Shown here piece by piece: positions 55,975-64,000 of a stretch of 64,000 bases of DNA. Both the position numbers and the translations under genes were made by a program. Under the pieces are notes generated by a model. It worked only from the letters and a program-made list of their open reading frames with translations, was not told the origin of the DNA and ran no database searches. Position 1 is the first letter of the stretch; the number at the start of each line of letters is the position of its first letter. The stretch comes from Bacteroidota bacterium (GTDB lineage: Bacteria > Bacteroidota > Bacteroidia > NS11-12g > UBA955): NCBI GenBank assembly GCA_041192805.1, contig JBEEMF010000086.1:128291-192290 (forward strand). The letters run 5' to 3'.

Positions 55975-57096
55975 TTAATCCCATTCAGGTGAACGTTCCA
56001 TGTAACGTGGGTGACGGAATACGCGAACTGGCCTTTCAGGAACCGTAAACATGAAGCAGTAATTCACTTGGAGTTCGTGCGAACCCCCAGAATTCCTCAA
56101 AATGTTATTCACCGTTAGGTCGTAAGAATAGCCAACGCGAAGTTTTTGATCGCTCATTGGACCATTGCCCAACAAGGGAGGATAATAACCCAAGATTAAG
56201 GAAACTGATTCCGCACCTAAACCATATACACGAATATTAGCACCCCCAGCAAACAAACCGTTCCAAGTAACCAATCCCTGTACATCCAACTGAGGCTTAA
56301 CCAATCCCCCTACGCTCATCGCAGTTTTTATCAAGAAAGCAGGATCCAAAGTCAATGACGGGTTACCCATGAAATTATTCTTTTTGTACCCCCCTACTAT
56401 ATATAGATGTCGGTTCGTTGTCACATTTATCGTCCCGGAAGGACCGTAACTAAAAGTCTGAGGATTTAAATGCGTTGAAGAAACACCCAAATATGCGCCA
56501 TCTTCAATATTTGGATTAGAATAGTATAAGCCCGCTCCAAACGTAGTATGTTGATCCGAAGGACTTCCCGTTGGAATCATTGGATCATTTGGATCATGAT
56601 ATCTCAGTTTCGCTGCATCCAAAGTTTTGGTCAAATTGGTTATGTCAAACCCCAAACGAATATTTGATCCATCACTCATTGTATAAGCAAAAGAACCGCC
56701 CCCCTTCATGTAAGTCGCCGTCTCGTATCCAATTTGATCCGTAACCAACGAGAAAAAAGCGCCTCCCATATTGTTTCCTTTTACCATAATTGGTGCAGAG
56801 AATCCCAACCCACGGGTCACCGGTGCAATATTCTTACGCGCCGCATCCAATTTATTCTCAATGCCAAATTGATTGTCTTGCGGTTTGAGAAATGGAGACT
56901 CATCGTCATACCCTAACCACTGCTGGTGGTTAATTGCATTTAAACAAAATTGACCCGACGCCCCTGCATAAGCTGGGTTATAGAACAACTTGTTAAATGT
57001 GAAATGTGTGAAAAGCGGATCCGTCTGCGCAGTTAACGCCAAAGGCGCAACCAAAGCAATCAAAGCCACCCATCTTCCCAGTAAATGTTTATTCAT
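55975..57096 (-). CDS. PorP/SprF family type IX secretion system membrane protein
   Basis: ORF 55975..57210. The ATG at 57096 gives the signal peptide MNKHLLGRWVALIALVAPLALTAQ. It is followed by the family signature DPLFTHFTFNKLFYNPAYAG and a beta-barrel-like body. Confidence 0.85.
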   Translation of the reverse strand: MNKHLLGRWVALIALVAPLALTAQTDPLFTHFTFNKLFYNPAYAGASGQFCLNAINHQQWLGYDDESPFLKPQDNQFGIENKLDAARKNIAPVTRGLGFSAPIMVKGNNMGGAFFSLVTDQIGYETATYMKGGGSFAYTMSDGSNIRLGFDITNLTKTLDAAKLRYHDPNDPMIPTGSPSDQHTTFGAGLYYSNPNIEDGAYLGVSSTHLNPQTFSYGPSGTINVTTNRHLYIVGGYKKNNFMGNPSLTLDPAFLIKTAMSVGGLVKPQLDVQGLVTWNGLFAGGANIRVYGLGAESVSLILGYYPPLLGNGPMSDQKLRVGYSYDLTVNNILRNSGGSHELQVNYCFMFTVPERPVRVFRHPRYMERSPEWD

Positions 57097-57180
57097 ACCT
57101 ATTTTGGAGTATCTCTTAAAAACAAAAATCATGTAAAATCCCCACATTGCCAAACATTTTCTCAAATAATGACAATTCAG

Positions 57181-57195
57181 GCAACCTTGTGTCCA
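57181..57195 (-). promoter_or_regulatory. candidate sigma-54 (-24/-12) promoter element TGGACA-CAAGG-TTGC
   Basis: The minus strand reads TGGACACAAGGTTGC. GG and GC have exactly the consensus spacing of TGGCAC-N5-TTGC. It lies 84 nt upstream of the porP-like ATG. No TAnnTTTG box was found for this gene. A sigma-54 EBP gene lies divergently. Confidence 0.35.
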
Positions 57196-57355
57196 CTCTA
57201 TTCGTCGCATCTCTTATCGTTTGAAATCAACAGGGTCCATTACCATATTTCTTACACGCGGAAAATCACATCAAAAAGAGTATAAGTAGTGGAAAAGTCG
57301 ACCTTGTTCTCCTGCTCTCTCTTTGTATCATTGTATCCTAATCTATACACTTATT

Positions 57356-58711
57356 ATGGCTGAAATATTGGTCATCGACGATGAAGCGCCGATCCGTGAA
57401 ACCCTCAAAGAAATTCTAGAATACGAGAATTACAACGTTACCACTGCCGACGATGGCAACAAAGGTCTGCTCCTCATACAGAAGAATGAATACGATGTAG
57501 TCCTGTGCGATGTCAAAATGCCCGGCATAGACGGCATGGAACTCCTAGACAGAGCCCAAGCCTTGCGACCTGACCTTCCGTTTATCATGATTTCGGGTCA
57601 TGGAAATGTAGAAATGGCTATAGACGCAACCAAAAAAGGCGCTTACGACTTCATTACCAAGCCACCGGATTTGAATCGCTTGTTGATTTCTATCCGCAAT
57701 GCCATCGTTAAAAACAACCTCGTTACCGAAACCAAATTTCTGAAGAGAAAAGTTTCCAAGACATTCGATATCATCGGTGAAACACCCGCCATCGGAAAGA
57801 TCAAAGAAACAATTGAAAAAGTAGCCCCTACCGAAGCTCGCGTGCTTATTACCGGCGAAAATGGAACGGGTAAGGAATTGGTAGCTCGTTGGTTGCACGA
57901 AAAAAGCAATCGCGGCAACATGGCCCTGGTTGAAGTGAATTGCGCATCCATCCCATCTGAATTGATTGAAAGTGAATTATTTGGCCATGAAAAAGGCAGC
58001 TTCACTTCCGCCATCAAACAACGCATCGGCAAATTTGAACAAGCCCACGGTGGAACCCTCTTCCTCGATGAAATTGGCGATATGAGTCTTTCCGCCCAAG
58101 CAAAAGTGTTGAGAGCGATTCAGGAAGGCAAAATTACAAGGGTTGGCGGCGATAAAGAAATCAAGGTGGACGTGCGCATCGTAGCCGCTACCAACAAAAA
58201 CTTGCTCGAGGAAATCGAAAAAGGACAGTTTAGAATGGATCTTTACCATAGACTGAGCGTAATCCTGATTCATGTTCCTACACTAAACGAGCGTGTGGAA
58301 GACATTCCGCTGATCGCCAACAATTTCTTAAAAGACATCTGCGACGAGAATAGCATTCCTTTAAAAGGATTTACCCCCGATGGTTATCAAGCCCTGCAGG
58401 ATGTGAATTGGACAGGAAATATTCGTGAACTACGCAACGTAGTTGAACGCTTGGTGATTCTTTGTGGCGATAAAATTTCGGGGGAAGACGTTTACATGTT
58501 CTCGAACCCTGCACAGCGCGGCGCTGATCCCTTTGGCGTGGTCGACGATTATAAAACGCTTCAAGATTTCAGAGATTGGGCCGAAAAAGTCTTTATCGAA
58601 AGAAAATTGGTTCAAAACGGATGGAACGTCGCCAAAACCGCACAAGAAATCGACATTCAGCGAAGCCATTTGTACAATAAAATTGAGAAGTACAGCCTCA
58701 AACGTCGTTAA
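57356..58711 (+). CDS. sigma-54-dependent response regulator (NtrC/Fis family enhancer-binding protein)
   Basis: ORF 57323..58711. The ATG at 57356 gives MAEILVIDDE. It has a receiver domain (DVVLCDVKMPG), an AAA+ domain (GENGTGKE, GTLFLDEIG, RVGG, R-finger region) and a C-terminal Fis-type HTH (NVAKTAQEIDIQRSHLYNKI). Confidence 0.88.
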   Translation: MAEILVIDDEAPIRETLKEILEYENYNVTTADDGNKGLLLIQKNEYDVVLCDVKMPGIDGMELLDRAQALRPDLPFIMISGHGNVEMAIDATKKGAYDFITKPPDLNRLLISIRNAIVKNNLVTETKFLKRKVSKTFDIIGETPAIGKIKETIEKVAPTEARVLITGENGTGKELVARWLHEKSNRGNMALVEVNCASIPSELIESELFGHEKGSFTSAIKQRIGKFEQAHGGTLFLDEIGDMSLSAQAKVLRAIQEGKITRVGGDKEIKVDVRIVAATNKNLLEEIEKGQFRMDLYHRLSVILIHVPTLNERVEDIPLIANNFLKDICDENSIPLKGFTPDGYQALQDVNWTGNIRELRNVVERLVILCGDKISGEDVYMFSNPAQRGADPFGVVDDYKTLQDFRDWAEKVFIERKLVQNGWNVAKTAQEIDIQRSHLYNKIEKYSLKRR

Positions 58712-58727
58712 TTAATTTTTCTAAACT

Positions 58728-59702
58728 ATGCAGCATCGCGGCACAGACCTAATACTTGCCAAAAAACTGCTCACCGAAGGAAAATTGGTCGTCATTCCCA
58801 CCGAAACGGTTTACGGACTAGCGGCCAATGGACTTGATGAAACAGCGGTTGCGGGAATTTTTTCGGCGAAGAACCGACCTACATTTGATCCGCTCATTCT
58901 GCATGTTGCTTCTATTGAGCAAGCGCAATCTCTTTCCATTGATTGGCCCGAGATGGCAGATAAATTGGCACGTGCCTTTTGGCCTGGTCCACTAACGCTG
59001 ATTTTACCCAAGGCAGACCATGTGCCAGACCTCACTACATCCGGACAGCCTACGGTTGGTATTAGAATGCCAAACAACAGGTTAACACTTGAATTACTGA
59101 GCACACTCCCCTTTCCTCTCGCCGCACCTAGTGCCAACCCCTTTGGTTACGTAAGCCCCACAAATGCGCAGCATGTGGCTGATCAATTGGGTGATAGCAT
59201 AGATTATATCCTCGACGATGGCGACTGTTCCGTAGGCATAGAGAGTACCATTATCGCCATTGACAACGGGACGCCAAAAGTGCTCCGATTGGGTGGATTA
59301 TCCCTGGAGCGAATTGCGGATGTATTGGGATTTCCCGTACTGGAACACTTAAACCAAAATAGTAATCCTCAGGCACCAGGTCAGCTCGACCAACATTATA
59401 GCCCGCGATGCAAGCTCATTGCGCTAAATACAATGCCCGCCGAAGATATTGAACCTAGCGTATCGATCATTTATTTTTCTAAACAAGAGGCGCAACGGAG
59501 TTCTGATTACAATTCGTCGGACGGTTCACATTACTATTTGTCGGACAGCGGCGACACCAACCAAGCGGCATCGAATCTATTTTCCACATTGCGTAGACTC
59601 GATCAGGACAATCAAAAAGTGGCCTACTTTGAATGGGCGCCAAACGAAGGGCTCGGCCGTGCAATCAATGACCGGCTTCAGCGAGCGGCTTTTCAGCCAT
59701 AA
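58728..59702 (+). CDS. tsaC: L-threonylcarbamoyladenylate synthase (YrdC + Sua5 domains)
   Basis: 324 aa. Motifs VIPTETVYGLAAN, K.RP...PLI.H, PGP.T.IL and SAN.FG..SPT, plus a C-terminal Sua5 domain. Confidence 0.88.
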   Translation: MQHRGTDLILAKKLLTEGKLVVIPTETVYGLAANGLDETAVAGIFSAKNRPTFDPLILHVASIEQAQSLSIDWPEMADKLARAFWPGPLTLILPKADHVPDLTTSGQPTVGIRMPNNRLTLELLSTLPFPLAAPSANPFGYVSPTNAQHVADQLGDSIDYILDDGDCSVGIESTIIAIDNGTPKVLRLGGLSLERIADVLGFPVLEHLNQNSNPQAPGQLDQHYSPRCKLIALNTMPAEDIEPSVSIIYFSKQEAQRSSDYNSSDGSHYYLSDSGDTNQAASNLFSTLRRLDQDNQKVAYFEWAPNEGLGRAINDRLQRAAFQP

Positions 59703-59705
59703 TTA

Positions 59706-60500
59706 TTAAATTTCTTCCAAAAAGCTCAACGTATTGTCGAGTGCGTGCCACAATTCTTGGGTAAAATCTTGAATTCCTGCGCAAGGATGTTTCATTCCAA
59801 AAGTATGATCGGCCTTGGGGACTGTCATTCTGATACTGTGAATACAAGCATCGTAGATAGGCTCAGACAAGGCACAAGGAACTGCATCATCTGATTCTCC
59901 ATGGACGATTAGCAATGGCCTTCCAAGTCCTCTCGCAGCCTCTAAAACGTCAAACTCCTCTTCATGCGCCATTAAATTCTCCCAGATGCTGTAATCCAGC
60001 GGCATTTCTTGATTTGTGCGAGCGTTTGTGGTATAAACATTGCGATTTTTCTTCCAAATTTCTGGGTTAAACGATTCGAACAACCATTGGTAGGATGGAA
60101 TGGGCGACCAGGCGATGACTTTCTCTACATAATCTTGACAGCGGCTGGCGAATAGAATCACATTGGCACCACCACGAGAGTGACCTAACCATGAAACCCT
60201 TTCGACGTTTAATCCCAATGATTTCCCATTTTCCCTGATCCATTTACCGAGCGATTCAAGGTCGTTTAGTTCTTTACTCACCGTATTCACAGCAAATAAA
60301 TCTAGTGCATCAAACCGATCGGCATCACCAATAACACCATTGTGTGAGTGATTAAAGGTAATGACAGCATATTCACCAGTGGCAAAATACTCATGTAGGT
60401 GTGGGACGTGGCCCCATTGCTTAAATCCTTTGAAGCCGTGGCAATAAACCAATACTGGACATGGCCCTTCGGATGGGGGCAAAAACAAATCGACGGCCAT
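59706..60500 (-). CDS. alpha/beta hydrolase
   Basis: ORF 59706..60593 (GTG) would read through the tRNA, so the ATG at 60500 is preferred. Motifs VLVYCHGFKG, the nucleophile elbow GHSRGG, and C-terminal His/Asp contexts (VHGESDD, ADHTF). Confidence 0.7.
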   Translation of the reverse strand: MAVDLFLPPSEGPCPVLVYCHGFKGFKQWGHVPHLHEYFATGEYAVITFNHSHNGVIGDADRFDALDLFAVNTVSKELNDLESLGKWIRENGKSLGLNVERVSWLGHSRGGANVILFASRCQDYVEKVIAWSPIPSYQWLFESFNPEIWKKNRNVYTTNARTNQEMPLDYSIWENLMAHEEEFDVLEAARGLGRPLLIVHGESDDAVPCALSEPIYDACIHSIRMTVPKADHTFGMKHPCAGIQDFTQELWHALDNTLSFLEEI

Positions 60501-60549
60501 TTGGCCGTCGATAGTTTTGATCTGAAAATGTTGATTGTTTTTCACAATT

Positions 60550-60636
60550 TGGTGCCCAGGACCGGAGTCGAACCGGTACGGGGGTGAACCCACAGGTGTT
60601 TGAGACCAGCGCGTCTACCAATTCCGCCACCTGGGC
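60550..60636 (-). tRNA. tRNA-Leu (anticodon CAA), 87 nt, CCA encoded
   Basis: The minus strand reads GCCCAGGTGGCGGAATTGGTAGACGCGCTGGTCTCAAACACCTGTGGGTTCACCCCCGTACCGGTTCGACTCCGGTCCTGGGCACCA. The acceptor stem is 7 bp (GCCCAGG/CCTGGGC). It has a D-arm with GG, an anticodon loop CU-CAA-AC, a long variable arm (class II) and a T-arm CCGG-TTCGACT-CCGG. Confidence 0.9.
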
Positions 60637-60692
60637 ATATTATTTTTCAGAACGGGATGCGAAATTATCATTAATTTCTAATGATTCCAATA

Positions 60693-61199
60693 TTATTTGA
60701 CAATATTTTTAGGCCATTCCACAACTTCCATGGAATGGATCTTTTGCGGCTCCAATTGGAAGCGAATGGCGGTCCTAACTTTATGAAATCCGTGTACACC
60801 ACAAGCCCCAGGATTCAAAAAAAGTAGATTATTATACTTAGGATCTCTTTGCACTTGGAGCATATGCGAGTGCCCGCAGACATAGATATCGGGTTTGGTT
60901 TTATTAATGATGTCTTTTACGTTCGCCGGATACCTTCCAGGCTTGCCACCAATGTGTATCATCAGAATCCTAAACCCTTCCCTATCAAATAATTGAACAT
61001 CTGGGTATTCCACTTTCACGTCCATCCCATCAATATTCCCATGCACACCAATAATCGGCTTTCCAAGCTTTGCAATTGCCTCATGCATCGCAGTATTTAG
61101 CCAATCTCCGGCGTGCCAAACCTCATCTGCCCATGCCGCATGATGCAAAATCCCTTCATCTACGTAGCCATGATTGTCCGATATAACCAAAATCTTCAT
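60693..61199 (-). CDS. metallophosphoesterase (YfcE/MJ0936-like)
   Basis: ORF 60693..61211. The ATG at 61199 gives MKILVISDNHG. Motifs GDW, VHGNID and GHSH. The start overlaps the upstream stop by 1 nt. Confidence 0.85.
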   Translation of the reverse strand: MKILVISDNHGYVDEGILHHAAWADEVWHAGDWLNTAMHEAIAKLGKPIIGVHGNIDGMDVKVEYPDVQLFDREGFRILMIHIGGKPGRYPANVKDIINKTKPDIYVCGHSHMLQVQRDPKYNNLLFLNPGACGVHGFHKVRTAIRFQLEPQKIHSMEVVEWPKNIVK

Positions 61200-61930
61200 C
61201 AGTAAATCCAATTAAGCAATGCAGAAATAATCACATTAAAGACAAATATCCCAACCGAATACTCAAAGGGCTTTATGATCCAAGTGAGTGATGTTAGGGC
61301 TAAAATGATACAACCAAACACCAAAGTGGTGAGATTCCATTGTTTCAAATCTTCGTGTACAATGCCATACACAGGCATTTTATCAAACGATAACCTCATC
61401 CAAACATCGGTTTCAAAAGTCAAGTATTCAACCAATTTATGTCGCCAAGGACTAAAAAACAACCGTATCGAATCCCCATCTTCCAGTGCATAAAACGACT
61501 TCAGGTCCACCGGGACTTTTTCCACGACCAAATCTTCAGAGGTTAGCATTGATTTAATGGGTTCGTTTTTTTCGCTCCGTTTAGATTTTTGATCCAACAG
61601 AACAGCTTCGGCTTCCGCGGTCCGATTATCAACACTTGCATAAACCAGCAAAGTATCAAATTCCTTCGCTCGCAATCGATATGGCTGATGGGCACAGAAG
61701 TTTATCGTATGCAAATAATTATCGCGATACAAGTAAGTGGCATATTTACTACCCGATTTTCCCCTAACCCCTGTCTCACTTTCATGGGCAAGGACATACT
61801 GAATCTCACTTACTGGCGATAAATACAAATCCACGAGGCAAAATATCGCAAACCCTGCAAAACAGAGGCTCATATATTTGGCAAACTGTGAAATTTTACG
61901 CTCCAAGGAAATCAAAGATAAAGCCCCCAA
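61199..61930 (-). CDS. hypothetical membrane protein
   Basis: 243 aa. One N-terminal and two C-terminal hydrophobic helices flank a soluble middle. No family recognised. Confidence 0.5.
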   Translation of the reverse strand: MGALSLISLERKISQFAKYMSLCFAGFAIFCLVDLYLSPVSEIQYVLAHESETGVRGKSGSKYATYLYRDNYLHTINFCAHQPYRLRAKEFDTLLVYASVDNRTAEAEAVLLDQKSKRSEKNEPIKSMLTSEDLVVEKVPVDLKSFYALEDGDSIRLFFSPWRHKLVEYLTFETDVWMRLSFDKMPVYGIVHEDLKQWNLTTLVFGCIILALTSLTWIIKPFEYSVGIFVFNVIISALLNWIY

Positions 61931-61954
61931 GGAAAAGGAAAAACATTGTTGGAT

Positions 61955-63334
61955 TTAAATCTCGCGATTTACGTCCCACTGCTCCAGATAATCGGCAACT
62001 CTGCGAACAAACATACCACCCAACGCGCCGTCCACCACACGGTGATCGTAACTATGAGAAAGGTACATCATATGTCGGATTGCAATCACATCGCCAAATT
62101 CGGTCTCCAAAACGGCTGGTTTCTTGCGAATCGCACCCACGGCCATAATAGCCACTTGGGGTTGGTTGATCACAGGTGTACCCAAAACGTTTCCAAAGCT
62201 TCCCACGTTTGTAAGCGTGTACGTGCCCCCTTGAATCTCATCAGGAACCAACTTGCCAATACGAGCTCTTCCCGCCAAATCATTTACGATGCGCGTTAAT
62301 CCCAACAAATTCATGCTATCCGCATTCTTAATCACCGGAACAATCAAGTTGCCATTCTGCTGAGCCACGGCCATTCCAATGTTGATGTTTTTCTTTTTGA
62401 TAATCGTGCTTCCATCCACACTCACGTTGATCAATGGAAAATCCTTAATTGCTTTGGCTACCGCTTCTATGAAAATGGGTGTAAACGTAATGTTCTCACC
62501 TTCTCTTTTCTTAAAACTATCCTTCACAAGATTTCTCCAGTTCACCAAGTTCGTAACATCAGCCTCAACAAAACTTGTAACGTGGGGTGAAGTATGCTTG
62601 CTCATCACCATGTGATCGGCAATCATCTTTCTCACGCGATCCATTTCGATGATTTCATCACCCGGGTTCAATGAAATGCTAGATTTCACTTCTACTTTGG
62701 CTGGTGTTTGTATTGAGACTGCCGCTGGATTAGATGCTGCAAATGCTGGAGCCGAAACCGGAGCAGACACAGGCGCGTTGGCTGATCCAGTACCACGATT
62801 GGCAACAAAATCTAAAATATCTGCTTTGGTTACTCTACCCTCTTTCCCTGTTCCTGGCAAAGACTCCAACTGCGACATCGAAATGCCTTCAGCCCTTGCA
62901 ATGTTGAGAACTAGTGGCGAATAAAAACGACTTCCGCCATCATTCGATATAGGCTCCGCGAGGGGCTGTGCCGATTCAATTTGTTTTTCGATGGCAGCAA
63001 CCGCTGCTTCCACTGGAATTGCTGTTTCTACCACCGCTGACGCTGTTGCAGAAGGTGCTGATGTCGCTACAGGCGCTGAAGCTGATGCCCCACCCTCTGT
63101 ATTAATCATTGCAACAGGCTCCCCTACTTTAACTACATCGCCATCTTGATATAATTGCTTTACTAAAATCCCCGCTTCTGTGCTAGGGATCTCACTATCA
63201 ACCTTATCGGTAGCAATTTCAACAATGGGCTCGTCTTTTTCAACACGCTCTCCCTCGTTCTTTAACCAACGAATAATTGTCGCTTCCGCGATGCTTTCGC
63301 CCATTTTGGGCATTACAATGGGTTTTTCTGCCAT
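61955..63334 (-). CDS. 2-oxoacid dehydrogenase E2 component (dihydrolipoamide acyltransferase)
   Basis: ORF 61955..63349, with the ATG at 63334 preferred. Lipoyl domain (PKMGESI.EATI..W, EIATDKV), an Ala/Pro/Ser linker, E3-binding domain (SPLV.NIA...GI), and the catalytic motif SHSYDHRVVDG. The substrate class (BCKDH, OGDH or PDH) is not resolved. Confidence 0.88.
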   Translation of the reverse strand: MAEKPIVMPKMGESIAEATIIRWLKNEGERVEKDEPIVEIATDKVDSEIPSTEAGILVKQLYQDGDVVKVGEPVAMINTEGGASASAPVATSAPSATASAVVETAIPVEAAVAAIEKQIESAQPLAEPISNDGGSRFYSPLVLNIARAEGISMSQLESLPGTGKEGRVTKADILDFVANRGTGSANAPVSAPVSAPAFAASNPAAVSIQTPAKVEVKSSISLNPGDEIIEMDRVRKMIADHMVMSKHTSPHVTSFVEADVTNLVNWRNLVKDSFKKREGENITFTPIFIEAVAKAIKDFPLINVSVDGSTIIKKKNINIGMAVAQQNGNLIVPVIKNADSMNLLGLTRIVNDLAGRARIGKLVPDEIQGGTYTLTNVGSFGNVLGTPVINQPQVAIMAVGAIRKKPAVLETEFGDVIAIRHMMYLSHSYDHRVVDGALGGMFVRRVADYLEQWDVNREI

Positions 63335-63405
63335 AAGAATTGAGTGCAAAAATCGTGTTTTTTCATTTCACCGCCAAACACCAATCCGTAATAAACAAAA
63401 ATGAG

Positions 63406-64000
63406 CTAAGAATTGTCGTCTTTCTCGCCTGAATCCGACGAAATTTCATCTGTCATTCCGCAAATTCGCATCAATTCAGCAACCTCAGCGCGCTTTGATT
63501 TATCTTGGGCTTCACCGAAGGAATAATGCAAATTTCGGAGCATCCTTTTGATAATATCCTGGACTGAGCAGGGCATATAAAATTGACGTATGGGCGTCAC
63601 ATTTACTACTTTTAAAAAACTATCGACATTTTCTTTGGTGAAGATTTGTCCTTTGCTGTATGGATTGATATAAAAGATTACTTTTTCAACTTCATCCAGA
63701 GGGACTAATTTAATATTTTTCACGCCTGCATAGGCTTCGCCAATTTTACACAATCCCACTACAAAATGTTGAGGTAGATTGACCCCAAACACGGGAAGGC
63801 CTAAATGTTGAGCCACGGACAAGTAGATGGCCGACAAACTAATGGGATTGCCTGTTTTTCGTTCCAACACTCGATTAATAAAAGAATTATCGGGATAGTG
63901 ATATTGGCTTGTATCTCCATGAAAACCGTACTGTTCAAAAAAAACATGATTCAATATCTGAATGCGATCTAAATCATTTTCAACATTTCCCATCAGCAAC
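63406..64000 (-). CDS. transglutaminase-like/SirB1-type protein, C-terminal part (gene runs off right edge)
   Basis: The ORF is open to the window edge. The segment RKTGNPISLSAIYLSVAQHLGLPVFGVNLPQHFVV matches the SirB1 N-terminal/transglutaminase-like family pattern as I recall it. Confidence 0.55.
   Translation of the reverse strand, partial: LLMGNVENDLDRIQILNHVFFEQYGFHGDTSQYHYPDNSFINRVLERKTGNPISLSAIYLSVAQHLGLPVFGVNLPQHFVVGLCKIGEAYAGVKNIKLVPLDEVEKVIFYINPYSKGQIFTKENVDSFLKVVNVTPIRQFYMPCSVQDIIKRMLRNLHYSFGEAQDKSKRAEVAELMRICGMTDEISSDSGEKDDNS

Noticed and set aside
57097-57210. N-terminal extensions of track ORFs that use the first possible start. Examples: porP-like to 57210, hydrolase to 60593, guaA from 44055, cinA from 42805, RND from 29850, TolC from 27313, lon to 38610.
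   Set aside because: Internal ATGs give canonical N-termini or signal peptides and remove overlaps with neighbouring genes or the tRNA. The extensions contain no conserved sequence.
60667-60685. AT-only hairpin ATCATTA-ATTTC-TAATGAT between the metallophosphoesterase stop and the tRNA-Leu.
   Set aside because: An all-A/T 7-bp stem is thermodynamically weak and is followed by only a poor U-tract. It is not convincing as a terminator or tRNA promoter element.
1-64000. Search for CRISPR arrays, transposases, integrases, phage genes, toxin-antitoxin pairs or known defence systems.
   Set aside because: By eye I saw no spaced direct-repeat arrays, no DDE/tyrosine/serine recombinase motifs, and no short paired ORFs with toxin-antitoxin character. 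The window appears to be core, housekeeping-dense chromosome.

Overview
This 64-kb window looks like a core chromosomal segment of a Bacteroidota genome (Flavobacteriia/Cytophagia-like), at roughly 40% G+C by eye. The phylum call rests on four things: a porP/sprF-like gene followed by gldK-gldL-gldM-gldN (the type IX secretion/gliding core), a T9SS type-B C-terminal sorting domain cargo protein, no obvious Shine-Dalgarno sequences, and many TAnnTTTG '-7' boxes just upstream of start codons. Gene density is high, with about 56 protein genes and one tRNA-Leu(CAA).

Most of the content is housekeeping:
- ald (partial), purN, a trans-sulfuration PLP enzyme, trxA, pyrC, rseP, maeB, fumC, folP, rpe
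- sppA, a TetR-TolC-MFP-RND efflux operon, lon, pfkA, recN, rnhA, cinA, guaA
- fabH-plsX-rpmF-yceD, a sigma-54-dependent response regulator, tsaC/sua5, and a 2-oxoacid dehydrogenase E2

I found no CRISPR array, transposase, integrase, phage gene or recognisable defence system. I cannot point to a clear-cut novel multi-gene system here.

The observations most worth follow-up are:
1. A sigma-54-type -24/-12 element (TGGACA-N5-TTGC) sits in the 259-nt spacer between the porP-gldKLMN operon and a divergent sigma-54 enhancer-binding-protein gene. That protein's GAFTGA loop reads GSFTSA.
2. A 945-aa chimera joins an outer-membrane beta-barrel-like N-terminal half to a roughly 350-aa coiled coil punctuated by nine cysteines, ending in a Gly/Pro tail.
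3. A 52-aa membrane micro-ORF was missed by the ORF track. It is translationally coupled (TAAATG) between lon and a secreted protein whose thioredoxin-like domain has lost its CXXC.
4. -7 boxes lie only 3-18 nt from start codons, implying very short or leaderless mRNAs.
5. Three convergent gene pairs share a palindromic TTAA double stop.

All family assignments come from motif recognition by eye and synteny. No database search was run.
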